Shown piece after piece: positions 39,461-52,149 of a stretch of DNA of 64,000 bases; position 1 is the stretch's first letter, and each line of letters begins with the position of its first letter. This stretch comes from the human T2T-CHM13v2.0 reference genome, Homo sapiens. The notes below the pieces were generated by a model, which was not told the DNA's origin, searched no databases, and was given only the letters and a program-made list of their open reading frames with translations. The stretch lies in NCBI RefSeq assembly GCF_009914755.1, contig NC_060940.1; one strand, given 5' to 3'. The translations under genes and the position numbers were made by a program.

Positions 39461-42400
39461 CGGGGGCTCCTTTTTATTAGCAAGCGTCCCATAGCGCAGA
39501 GCACTGCGCAGGGCAGACCGTTCTCATTCTGAGTCTCAGAATGGATGTCTGGGGGCTGGTCTGAAATGTCTGAGTGGGGAGATTTCATTTCTGGCACAAA
39601 TTCACAGTGCTCTATCAGGATGCTCTGAGGAAGAAGGGGGGCCACCTGTGACCCCCACACATCTGGGGAGGGAGATCAGCCCATCTCTCCGCTGACAGTC
39701 TGGCTAAAGATGGCAGAAGAGAAGGGCTGGGCTGCTCTGGACACAACTCTGAACTCCTTAGCCACAGCCCCTAGTGTGGACCCAAAATGGACTCTCAATG
39801 TCCAGGCTGCCCCTTGGACCCTGGAGCTGAGGCCCTTAGTGGAAGGGAGGAGGAGGGCAGTGTCACAGCTGCGAGAAGCCGCAGCAAGCGATTCACATCC
39901 TCAGCTGAGTGCAGCTCAGCCCTCACAGTGCTCCCAAGGCTTAAAGACTTTCTGCCCTCCCCAAGACAGGGTTGGGAGCCTTGGGAGGGGCTGCATTGAG
40001 ACCACAGGTTTGAGCAGGGCAGTCTTTTCCCAGCAGGGGAGGTGGGGAAAGGGGCCACACTTGAAGGGGCAGGGAGGGCGGGCTGGACAGGGATGGGAAA
40101 GGCCTCAGTGCTCAGCAGGACAGGGTGGGGGCTGCTCGCTCTTTCCCAGCCTCAGTGGCCCCCATCGCCCCCAGCCACTCTGTTGATCTGAGCTGCCCTT
40201 TGGCTTGAGATGCTCTCTGAGGCAGGGCTGCAGGCTCAGGAGGAGGAGATGGGTGGAGAGAGAACAAGCTCACCCCGGGAGGGTGACTACAGGAGAAATG
40301 GGCCCCTCAAGTATGCTGATTTCCGCCTCACTGCTGCCTGCTCTTCCGCCCACCTCCGGCTCTGGCTCATCTGCTCTTGTAAGCAGGGTCCTGGGCTGGG
40401 TGCTGCAGGCGCATGAGGAAAGTGGGAGCCGGGACGGGGCAGCTCAGGGCACGCCCTCCAATACTGCGCTCCGAGGACCTCAGCGGTTTTACTCAGGGGT
40501 GCCACTGAGGCACAGCCCCCTGTAGATGGTGGGCAGCTGCTGCAGCGGGGGGCGAGGGAGAGGGGGGCCCACAACCCGGCTGTGTGTCTCGGGAGACAGG
40601 CTCTCTTTGAGGGGCCCAGGAGAGTGGGATTTCCATTCCCCAATCCTGCAGAGGGCAGGAGCATGAGGGAGAGTGCCATCCCTCAGCTGAAGGCCACTGT
40701 GCCTTGTATTTCTGGTTTGGGCAAGTGAGGAGCCTGCCAGGCCCTGGCAGGAAGTGCACGTGACCGGCGGCTGGCCAGGGGCACAGAGACGCACTCCACA
40801 CAGAAACCCAGGCTGGCGGGGTGGGCGGCCGGGGAGCCAGCCCTGCAGATGTTACTAAGTGAAACCTGATGTGGTGACATGAGAATCCACAGAACGTCTC
40901 ACAAACAACCTGCCCCGGGATGTTTTGGATTGAGTTTTGTGGTTATGACGTGAAGAAACCTCACATGTCAGGATAAAAATAACCCTGGCTTCAGTACATA
41001 ACGCGAGTTACAGTTCAACAGAACCAGATGTGAAAACGTCAGCCACCCAGTTCAGGCCCAGCAGGGTCCCTGCTCCACTCCGGCCTCCCTCCCTGCTGGG
41101 GTTGGGGTCCATGTGCCCGGACAGCCCGTTGTGGGCTCAAGATCTGCTGCCTGGAGGATACAAGGGAAGGGCCAGAGGCCGCTCAGGGGAGGCAGCACCA
41201 CCTTCTCCGAGGCCAGCTCCTCTTCTGTGAACCAGGCAGGGCTAAAGAGCATCAAGTCGTGCTTGGCACAGGAAGTGGTCCACAGAAGGGGTGGGTGATG
41301 GAGAGGCTGGTATGGAACCAAGAGGACAGGGTGGGGAAGGGGCAGTTTCCCCCAAGAATCAAGTGGCTGGGAGAAAGGGAGGCTGAGCAGGGTCTTGGGG
41401 GTGTAGAGTCTGCAGAACTGGAGGGGGTGCACAGCTACGTAGACAAAGGCCGCCACAATGGCACCAACTCGGGAACCCACTCAAGGGGCAATCACTTTCT
41501 CATCTGTGGGCCGGCCTGGGTCGGCAGGACAGGAGCGCCGGAGGCATCAATCATAGCCAGGAGACTTTGCAGCTGCTCAGGTCAGAGCGAGAGAGAAGCC
41601 GATGGGATGCAGCAGGGCCCAGTGGGGACTTCCAGCTGACGCGGCAGTGGAGAGGTCATATAGCAGTCTGCCACCGGGAAAGAGCTATTGCTGCAGGGTG
41701 AGGGCTGGGGCCAAAGGCAGCGAGGAGAGGGTGTGGAGGAAGGCACCCCCTGCTGGTGGAGCAGGGGGGCTGGACTGCTGGGGCTTCCAACTGGACAAGG
41801 GAGGGCCTGGCAGCACGGGTATGAGAGGATGCCATTCTGGGCAGCAGTGCCGGGGGCCTCAGGCTCAGGTGATTGGTGCCCCTGCCTTCCATTATTTTAA
41901 TAAACTTTCAAAAATAGGTACTGACCCTTACTGGGCACCTGGTGCCAGGGATTCCGGGGTAAGTAAACTTGGCCTGTGTGGCCTGCCATGACGCTATTCA
42001 AACTGAGCTGATGACACAAATCACCCAGCACTGGGCGACGCTGAGGAGCCTCCGCATGCACTTCCAGCTGGGGGTCTAAGAGGTCACAGCCAGGAGGGAA
42101 CAGATGTGAACTTCACCACCCACCCAGGCAGCCTGAGATAAGCAAGTGTGTTGGAACAGAGGGGCAGGAGAAGCTGGGATCTCCAGGGAAGCCTCCCACA
42201 GGGGCCCTCTGCACCGGCCTGTAATAACTAGGACACAAGCAAAGGCCCCCTTCACATGCAGGGAGCATTTAGCCTAGCCCTTGCCATGTGGGAGCTCACA
42301 GAGCCCCCAGGCACCCCAGCACCTGGTTTATAGAGAGGGAAGAAGTAGCAGTGAGGTAGGACCCTTGTCCGAGGTCACGGGATGGATGGGCAAAGCAGGG

Positions 42401-43081
42401 CTGTGAATCTAGATCCCTCTGACCCCAGTGCTCGTGATCCCTACTGCTGCTTCCTGAGGCTGGGAGGGGTGAGTGGGAGGAAGGGGCTTCAAGAGAAACA
42501 GGTGCTTTCCTGGGGCTGGTGTGGCTGGAGGAAGTGGTGGCGGGCAGCAAATGACAAGAAATGAGGCATTGCCGTGGCCTGAGGCCAGGAAGGGGTCTCT
42601 GAAGTCACTGTGAAGAGAGGAGAGATGCCCCCATCACTGCCAGGTTGTGCCCATGGCCTGGCCCCTCTCCTCCTCCCCTCTGGCTGTGGAAGCTTCCAGT
42701 GCTGGCGCAGGTGGGATTCCTGAGTGGGGTGAGGAGTGTGGGCTCTCGGGCCAGGCTCCTGGCCCAAACAAGTGGGGAATGACACAGTGCTGGCCTCTCA
42801 GAGCTGCTGTGAGGACCCCAGGGGCTCACCCAAAAAGCCAGCACGCGTGAGTGCTCAGAGCAGGGCAGGGCCTAACGTGACCTCAGCCAGTGCTGGCAGC
42901 CATGATGATTGTTGCCGTGATTACTGGGGAAAATGGCTTTCTGGCTTTCTGCTAGAACTTGTTTCTGTCTGGTGACATGAAGATGCTGCTGACATTTGGC
43001 TACAATACACTGTCCTGGGCTACAAGGAATGAAACCAAATAAGAACAGGTCATTATCACCCATTTTTAGAGCCAGGGATAA

Positions 43082-43516
<435 letters not shown>

Positions 43517-46023
43517 TAGGGTGACCTTTGGCCTCAGACTGACACATTACTGTGCATGGCTAAGGATCCTAAAGGCTGATTGGGTCTCCCCAGGCCTGGC
43601 TGCACCCTCTCTGGCAGCATAGATGTCCAGGCCCCGGGAGGAAAGGCATGTCTCTGACAAAGGGCTCATCCCAGAGGCCTCCTCTGTCCTTTGAAGTTTT
43701 TTGCACAGGCTCAGGGTACGGCGGGCCCACAGGCCTGTCTGACATCCCTGTCCCCAGAGCCAGCAGGACCTCCGCAGACTCCCCTGAGTGGAGACAGGAA
43801 ATACAAAAGGAGGAGACACAGGAGATCCCAGGGGTGGGAGACAGGAAAGTGTGGTGTCCCTCAGCCAGCTTCCCTCACAGCTGCCCGCCCAGGCTGCTCC
43901 CCATCCTGTTTGCCCCCAGGCCACTCTCTCCCCGATTCTGCGGCTCTGCACAGGTGAGGAATGAGGGAGGCAGGGTGGGAGAAGCCTCTGCCTTCACCGC
44001 TCTGCGAGGGAGGGAGAGATGTTTATGCAAGGCCAGGCGAGAGGAAAATCCCATGTGGGCGACTCTGCCTCGGGGGGCCCTGGGAACCATGGCTGTGGTG
44101 CATTAGGCCAACACGGCAGCTACCCAGGCATGTGATGGACTCGCTTCTCCACTGCTGCGTGTGATCCGCACCATGTGGTTCCCTACAGATGCCACCGACT
44201 TCACCTTTGCTAGGCTCCCTGCCTCCGAGGCTTTCCAGACAGTCCCTTTGTGCCTTCGGGGCAATCTCCCCTACAGGGACACAGCACTGCTGCCTCCAAG
44301 TTCTCCAAGTTCTCAGGGCTGCGCCCTGGAGAGCCAGAGGCAGGCAGAATCCAAACAGGAAGAGGGTATGGCTTCACAGCCTTGTCCATGTGCATGGCCA
44401 GATGGAAACAGACAGAAAGAGCCCCTTGCATGCCTGAGAAGCAGTCTGGGAAGGAGCAGCTTGCGGAGGGATGAATGTGCACTTCCTGCATGCCTTCTGA
44501 CCTCAGCACCACCCCACACATCCTCAGTGCCTGGCACGTGCCCTCCCGGGGCAGCGGAGGTGGGGGGGCGGGGAAGCAGGGCACACTCTGGCTCCCCTGG
44601 CTGTTCTCTTACTGGTTTAAGCTGACCTTTTAAAATCATGGCCCCATTTGTAAAATCTGATGCCAGCTGTGGACACGCGCATGTGCACACACATGGATCT
44701 GCTTGGAGCCTTGAGGCCCACACGTGAGTCTCAGGTTAAGAGCTCCTGGCCCAGAGAGTTGTGGATTCTCCTTCCGCAGCCCCCACTGCTCCTTGGCTGT
44801 GGATTCTTGAAGCAAGAAGTGTGACTGGCTGCAGGCACTTCCTTGGTGTTCTTTCCAGGATGGAGTTTCTTCCCATCTGGCATGCTTTGTCGTTCTTCTA
44901 TGAATTCCGAGGGAGTCCCTGGCTGATGTGAGCTAATCTGACAGCCTCGGTGAGTTGGGGCAAGAGTCTCTACTGCCATAGCCTCGTTCATGGCCTGCCT
45001 ATCTTGGCACGGCCAGGAGCTGGGGTTCAGGGTGCCCTGCCATATAGTGCCCCTGGCCCTGCCGCCCAAGCAGCGCAAAGGGCTTGATGCTGCAGGGCCC
45101 ACCAGGGACCCCCGGGTCAGGTTCTGCTCCCCCATGGCACACGTCCTACTCCCTCCGGCCCAGGCTGCCCTCGGCAGTCTCCTGGTCCTCCTTCCATGAG
45201 CAGGAGCCTAAATCACAGTCATCAGCTTCTCTGTGCCCGGGAGGAAGAGATAAAACATAGGGAAGACAGGTCACAGAGGGCCTGGGAGGCCTGGGTGTCC
45301 TGGCCCTGTCACAAGGCTGTGCTGCCTTCAAGTTCTCTGCTGCTGCCACTTTGAGGAGGAGAGAAGAGGCTGTGGCGCCTGCTTCCTGGGGAGGGAGAGC
45401 CGAGGGTGCACCCCCAGGGACCCTTTGCCCAGGCCTCCTCCCTGCAGGATGCCTCCTCTTGGCTGCTGCCCGTCTTCCGGTCAGTTCTTGCTGCTCCTCC
45501 CCACCCGACCCTCCCTTCCTAAGGAAGAGATATCCTTTTCTCTCTTCCTTTCCTACCCCCTTTGCTGGGCCCCCACACTCCACCTCTGGCATTCCTGCCA
45601 TCTGTCCCAAGGACTTAAGGTTGGCCCCCATGTACTGACTTGGGGACACAGGACGGAGAATGGACTCGTTTGCCGAGGGACAGAGGGTGGGAGTCCCAGC
45701 AGGGGTCCCAGGGTCAGGATGTGGGAACCACTTCCCCGACCACGGCCACTGACTGCCTAGAACTGGGCTCCTGGGCAAGGCCCCACATGGGCCTTCTATG
45801 ACTTCACCTGGCATGTCCTGGGGCACAGGCAGCCCTGCAGGTCTCCGGCTGCCCCTTGAACTTCTCAGGCACTGGGCCTGGTCTTAGGGCCAAAAAGGGC
45901 TGGGGCGCCTCCCACTGAGGCCAAGGAAGTACTCTCAGGCTGGGACCAGCCCGGCTGGGCTGTGGCGGGAGGCTGAGGCTGTAAGGCCCCTAAACCTTTA
46001 TGACACGTGAGGCTGCATCAAAG

Positions 46024-46875
46024 TGAGAGGTGAAGGCAGCTGGACTTCCTCGGTCTAGTGGGGACTTGGAGAACTTTTCTGTCTAGCTAGAGGATTGTAA
46101 ACACACCAATCAGTGCTCTGTGTCTAGCTAAATGCACCAATCAGCACTCTGTAAAAACACTAGCTAAAGGACTGTAAATGCACCAATCAGCACTCTGTAA
46201 AAACGCACCAATCAGCACTGTGTGTCTAAAGGATTGTAAACGCACCAATCAGCACTCTGTAAAAACGCACCAATCAGGACTCTGTGTCTAGCTAAAGGAT
46301 TGTAAACACACCAATCAGCACTCTGTAAAAACGCACCAATCAGCACTGTGTGTCTAAAGGATTGTAAACGCACCAATCAGCACTCTATAAAAATGCACCA
46401 ATCAGCACTCTGCGTCTAGCTAAAGGATTGTAAACGTACCAATCAGTACTCTGTAAAATGGACTAATCAGCACTCTGCAAAATGGACCAATCAGCAGGAC
46501 GTGAGCGGGACCAAAAAAGGGAATAAAAGCTGGCCACCCGAGCCAGCAGTGGCAACCCTCTCGGGTCCCCTTCCACGCTGTGGAAGCTTTGTTCTTTTGT
46601 TCTTCACAATAAATCTTGCTGCTGCTCACTCTTTGAGTCCGCACCACTTTAACAGCTGTAACACTTGCCGCAAAGGTCCGTGGCTTCATTCTTGAAGTCA
46701 GCAAGACCACGAACCCACCGGAAGGAAGAAACTCCGGACACATCTGAACATCTGAAGAACCAAACTCCGGACACACCATCTTTAAGAGCTGTAACAATCA
46801 CTGTGAAGGTCCGTGGCTTCACTCTTGAAGTCAGCGAAACCAAGAACCCACCAGAAGGAATAAATTCCGGACACA
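46024..46875 (+). mobile_element. Solo LTR12-family (ERV9/HERV9) LTR
   Basis: TG...CA termini with a 4-bp TSD AAAG (46020-46023, 46876-46879). U3 array of 12 ACCAATCAG units, TATA-equivalent AATAAA at 46522, poly(A) AATAAA at 46608, and U5 repeats ending CCGGACACA. Confidence 0.93.
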
Positions 46876-47593
46876 AAAGCATGGGCCAACTAGGAGCCCT
46901 GTGTGGATGTCCAGAGGGGCGCAATGGACAGAGACCCCCATGGAGACACCTGAGATTCACTGGGAACTTTACTACCAAACGTGTCCTCAGGCATTTTCCA
47001 GGACTGCATTGCCAGAGGGAAGTGGCGTCTGCCGAGGCCTAGGGAGAAGAGCTGGCCTGCCATCTGGAAGGGACCGAGGGGCGAGTGCTGGGGGTGCTAC
47101 GGCCACCTTTACTTCCAAGGACTGCCCAGAAACAGCCTGTGTGAATGATGCCGTCTCCTGCCTGGGCTGCCTGCCACGTGCAGTGCTATTTTTAGCTTCT
47201 CAGAGAGGAAGGGAATGGCCACCTAGTCTTCCACCTGTTAGACCCCAAGACCGAAGCCCCTGGATTCCAGACTGGAGAGATGCTGCCTAGGCAGAGAGAC
47301 CAGCAGCCGACCCAGATGGTTTTATGTTTAGCCAATGGCTCAAAAGCATCAAAGGTGCAGGGAGATGCAGAGAAAGTCCTGTGAGGGTCTCTGGAGGCTG
47401 CTAGAGGACTAGGGCTGCCTGCCTCTGGGCGGTCTTGAGGTGGGAGATCGCCAGTAGCAACCCACAGACCCCTCACACCCTGGCAGAGCTCCAGAGCTCC
47501 TGAGCAACAACCCAAAGGACCGCCATGGTCCAGCCTAAGACCCGGCACTGGCACTAAGGCCCCTGAGGCTAGAACCTTCAGGAGAAGACTTAC

Positions 47594-47750
47594 CAGAGGT
47601 GTTCAGTAGGCCGGCTCTGCCAGGGGTGGGCACCTGGAGCTCTGAGTGGCTGGCCTGGAGGTCAGGGCCATCGAGGGGGCCTGGGTCATCCGTCTGGCCT
47701 GCGGGGGAGGAAGCGATTTCTGCCAGCACCTCCAGGTCCTTCAGGATCAC
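47594..47750 (-). CDS. VAC14: VAC14 coding exon (exon 13 by recall), [52 protein letters not shown](G)
   Basis: Acceptor CCCCAG|GTG at 47752-47751 and donor CTG|GTAAGT at 47593-47588. Length 157 nt. The peptide lies inside ORF 47535..47831(-). Confidence 0.96.
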
Positions 47751-48651
47751 CTGGGGAGAGAAGCGGGGCAGGAGGGATGAGCTCTCCGCTGAGAGCTGTG
47801 CTGACCTGGGCAGAGGTGCGGTTGGTGGCACACAGCCACCTGCAGGGGTGGGAGGGGTCTGCAGATGACAGCAGGCTGGGAAGAGCCACTAAGGCCACAG
47901 CTGGGGCATGCTCAGAAAAGTGAAACAAAGTATCCAGAATGAAGGGAACACAGACTACAGTGAATGGGGCCTCTGGAGGAAGGAAACTGGAATCTGAGGT
48001 TCGGAGAGTCAGCTTCCCCACGATCCCTCTCTCGGGTCCCTTGAACAGGGCTCTGAGGGTCCCCAGGAGTCCCAGGACTCAGGAAGCAGGGCGTTATCTG
48101 CACAGTGTGCACTTCAAGGCCCGCAGGCTGCGCAAGGCTCCCAAAGTGCCCTCCAGACCATGTTCTATTGTGTGCGGTAGCCACGGCCCCACCCACCATT
48201 GGGCCACAGAACAGCTGCTTCTGCAGAGGTGACACCAGGCCACTGCAGACCCTAAAGCGTCCTCCACATTTGGCGTGCTACTCTGGTCTCCAAGGTAAAG
48301 GACTTCCTAATGTCCAGACATGTCAGGTGGTCCTCGGTGGCTCTAAAGTGTCCCTGCACAGATGTGGGTGGGGTGAGGCCCCAGCCTGACCACCTGCCTG
48401 CTGAGTTCTTCTGAGACAGAGGCAGAGTGGGGCGTGGGACCAGTGCTGAGTGTGAGCGCAGGTCAGCACTGTGTCACAATGTCCCCAGGGCTGCTCTACA
48501 GCCCCCGTATCCTTAGAAGCTGCCTCTCCTCGCACAGCACCCATCTTTGCCTGGCACCAAGAGCTGGCAGGGCGGCAAAGTCCAGCCTACCACTCTGCTG
48601 CAATGGGCAATAGGGAGAGGGGCCACGGACCTGCCCTGTTGGGAGGGGCTT

Positions 48652-48653
<2 letters not shown>

Positions 48654-48696
<43 letters not shown>

Positions 48697-48711
48697 TGTG
48701 CGCGCGTGTGC
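48654..48711. repeat. (TG)n/(CG)n microsatellite
   Basis: 58 bp of uninterrupted purine-pyrimidine alternation. Confidence 0.95.
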
Positions 48712-50094
48712 CTGTGTGCATGCACCTGCCCCAGGGGCTGCTGAGGCTTCCTGGCCACCTTCTGCTGGCTGTGTTTATCCTGCAGGGAACTCCTCACACT
48801 GCAGGTGGTCGCCTGCTCTTTCTGCCCCTCACTCCTCTCTTGCTCTGGGCTAGGGACTATGCCTGTCCCCCCAAAAGGTGTATCTCCAGGACTGTCCCTG
48901 CGCCCAGCAGATGCCCAACAAACATCAGTTGACTGGGTGGTTGCCTGTGCCTCTTCCTGGGCTACTCTGAGCCCAGGCCAAGAATAACGACGGCAACCGG
49001 GGCTTCAGCCCTGACCAGGGAAAGTGGGACAGAGCCTGATGGGCAGGGCCATGTGGGCCAGGACCGGCCAGGTGGCTGGAATATGGGAATACAAGATAAG
49101 GTTAGCACTGTAGGGCTCCTACTGAGGGATTAAAATGTTGTGGAATTAGATGGGGGTAATGGTTGCAAAAAGCTTGTGAGTATATTAAAAGCCAGTGAAT
49201 TCTATGCTTCAAAAGGGCAAATTTTATCTAGAAAACAAACAAAAAAGATAAGGCCTACCCCCTCAAAAGCCATTCCTGTCAATGCAAACACAGTGCCAGT
49301 GCCTCCCCCACACTGCCCAATTGTCACTTCTCCTCCTGGTTCCTCTAGGCCAGCCCTGGCCGGGAACCCCTTTGCTTGCTCACCCATTCCCGCCCCCTCA
49401 GTCTTCAAACAGTGTCACGTGTTGGCACGCAATCTCCCAGCCTCATCCAGGCAGGAGCTGGCACTCGCTCACACAGACTCACTCTCACAGACTCCCCTCC
49501 TACTGTCCAATTCTGTCCTTCCCTTCATCCCTCTCCCACTCATGGAGACTGGGATGTCTGTGGGCCCCTGGGACCCTGCTCTGTGCCAGCGGCTGCGTTG
49601 GGTTCTGGGGCTGTAAAGGTGAGTCACAGCCACCCCTGCCCGTGGCCTGGCACACAGAGTGGAGAGCTGATGAATCCACGTGGCTGAGACACATGGCTGC
49701 CACACAGCCCAGTCATATGGCAGGAGCAAGGGGTGCCCCTCCACCCAGGCCAGGAGCCGGGGAGCCCTGGGTGGGTCTCAGCCTAGAAGTAGGGAGGGCC
49801 GAGGCCTCTGCTTCCACTGAGGACAGAGCCTCCAGGGATTCTTTGCTTCAGCCACAGAAGAAAGACACAGGGCGGAGGGCAGGATGGGGAAGTGGCACAG
49901 CAATGAATGACGCCGCGGTCCTGCCCGATTCAGCCCCTGCACACCTGCCACGGCAGGATGTACAAAGGCCATGCACACCAATGCTTGCTGGACTGTCCAA
50001 GCACGGCCAGGGAGGGGACTTGAGACCAGGAAATGGAGGTGGGGGGAGGATGGGGGAATGACTCATCCAAAATTAAACAGTGAGGCAAGAGTCA

Positions 50095-50675
50095 AGCCAA
50101 CAGCTCCTCAAACAGTTACCCAGAGAGCTGCCATAGGTATACTCCCACTCCTAGGCAGTTACCAAGAGAACTGCAAACGTCTGTGCACATCAAACTTATA
50201 TATAAATGCTCACAGCGGCATTTTTCCTAATAGCTACAAAATGGAAATAACCCAAAGGCCCTGCAGTGGAGACAAGGAGAAATGGAACGTGGCACATCCA
50301 CACCAGGGAATATTATTTGGTAATAAAAAGAAATGAAGTACCTGCTACACGTGGATGAACCTTGAAAACACCTGCCGAGAAGCCAGCCACAAAGTCCACA
50401 TCCTGTATGATGACTCCATTAACAGGCAAATCCACAGAGACAGAGGGTGGATTTGTGGTCGCCAGGGGCGTGGGGAGGGAGGCATGGGGAGTGACTCCTA
50501 ACGGGTGCAGGGTACATACAGGGCTTCTTTCTGGGGTCATGAAAATGTTCTGGAATTAGTACTGATGGTTGTATAATCTTGCGAAAAATACTAAAAGTTA
50601 CTCTATGGTATACTTTTAAAGTATACAATAGAGTCGTTTTTATGAATTTTATGGTATGTGAATTGTACAAAAAAA
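50095..50675 (+). mobile_element. L1MB-like LINE 3' end
   Basis: GGAATATTATTTGGTAATAAAAAGAAATGAAGTA, TGGATGAACCTTGAAAACA, TGTATGATGACTCCATT and TGAATTTTATGGTATGTGAATTGTAC. Confidence 0.8.
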
Positions 50676-51836
50676 GGGCGGGGGGGGCAAAACCCTAAAT
50701 CAGCAACCTAATTCCTAACCCATTTGCTCTTGCTCTGCCCACAGCCCGAGGTGGTGGGGTCTCACCCACTCCCTGGTGTCTCTCGCCTGATCCAGGGGAG
50801 AGGAGGAGCACGGTGAGGAGATCTGTGTCTCTTTACATCACTTTGCCCCCTCGCCCCCATGCTGCCCATCCCACCCAGGTCTGTCTGCACAGGGGGACAG
50901 AGGCACACACCTCTGGGCGGCCAACACTGGTGGCCACGTGCAGCAGGGGAGGAAAGTGAGGAGAAAGTGTGATCCAGCGGGGCGGCTGGGGCCAGGCCAG
51001 CACTCGGCAAGATCCCTGTGCCATGGGGACAAACTGATTCATGCTGGGTATCCGGCAGGTACCTACTTCCCTGTCAGAACAGAGGCCTGGAAAAAGCCAC
51101 CGAGAGGCCTGGCCTGTGCAAGGTTGTCTCCACCCTTCGAGTGGCTCCAGGGCCAGAGGAGCAGGCTGTCCTCGCTCCCGGCCACAATGAATGCCCTCAC
51201 TTGTCACCAGTCTCACCTCACAGGATACACACAAGGGAACTGAGACTTGGACAGTCACCTGCTCAAGGTAACAGCGAGTCCACCTCAAACCCAGCTCTGG
51301 TTCCCAAACCTGAGCCTGCTGATAACACTACACAGGGTGCTGTGGTCAGACAGTCCTGACATCCAATCCTGACCCTGGACCAGTTAACTTCAACCACACA
51401 ATGCTCCCTCTCCAGACAGCTGCTGAGCAGCTGCTGTGGGCTAGTCCTGTGCTGGGTATAAGAGACACAAGGCCAGACAGGTCAGGCTCTGCCTTCAGTG
51501 AGGTCATGGACTCCCGGAGGAGTCAGGTGGTGAGCATTTACTGATAATACAGGGCGGGTGCCAGGGACCCAGTGATGATGCCTGGGGGGGAGCCAGGAGG
51601 CTCTGGAAGTAGTTGAGCATGAGTTGGCCAAGGGAGTAAGAAGGGAGAGAATGGCATTCAAAGTATTCTCTTACCTAGCATAAGCCATTCATGGACGCAG
51701 AACCACGTGGCACATTCCAGGAAACTAGGCTTTGGGGCCAGCTCCAGAGTGGGGAATGGGGCCAGAGGTGAGGGTATGGCCAGAAATCAGGCCAAAGTGG
51801 TAGGCAGGGCCAGATCTTCAAGAGCTCATGACACAA

Positions 51837-52149
51837 GGCCAGGTGCGGTGGCTCACGCCTGTAATCCCAGCACTTTGGGAGACCGAGGCAGGCAGATCAC
51901 CTGACGTCAGGAATTCAAGACCAGCCTGGCCAACATGGTGAAACCCCCTCTCTCCTAAAAATACAAAAATTAGTTGGTATGGTGCTGCGAATCTGTAATC
52001 CTAGCTACTCGGGAGGCTGAGGCAGGAGAATTGCTTGAGCAGAGGCTGTAGTGAGCTGAGATCGCACTACTTCACTCCGGTCTGGGCAATAGAGTGAGAC
52101 TCTGTCTCAAAAACAAAACAAAACAAAAAAACAAAACCATAAACCAAAA
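51837..52149 (+). mobile_element. AluS-like SINE
   Basis: Dimer with an (A4C)n tail. 17-bp TSD AAGAGCTCATGACACAA at 51820-51836 and 52150-52166. Confidence 0.93.

Noticed and set aside
41743-41756. CTCF-like motif CCAGCAGGGGGTGC (a similar one is at 4093-4106)
   Set aside because: Each has a mismatch at a core position, and such matches are common in GC-rich DNA. Not supportable without ChIP.
46080-46500. Regularly spaced ACCAATCAGCAC repeats resembling a CRISPR array
   Set aside because: The spacers are themselves repeated, the context is human, and the array is the U3 enhancer of an LTR12 with termini and a TSD.
49282-50061. 259-aa plus-strand ORF
   Set aside because: No recognisable domain, and several overlapping ORFs on both strands indicate a composition effect.
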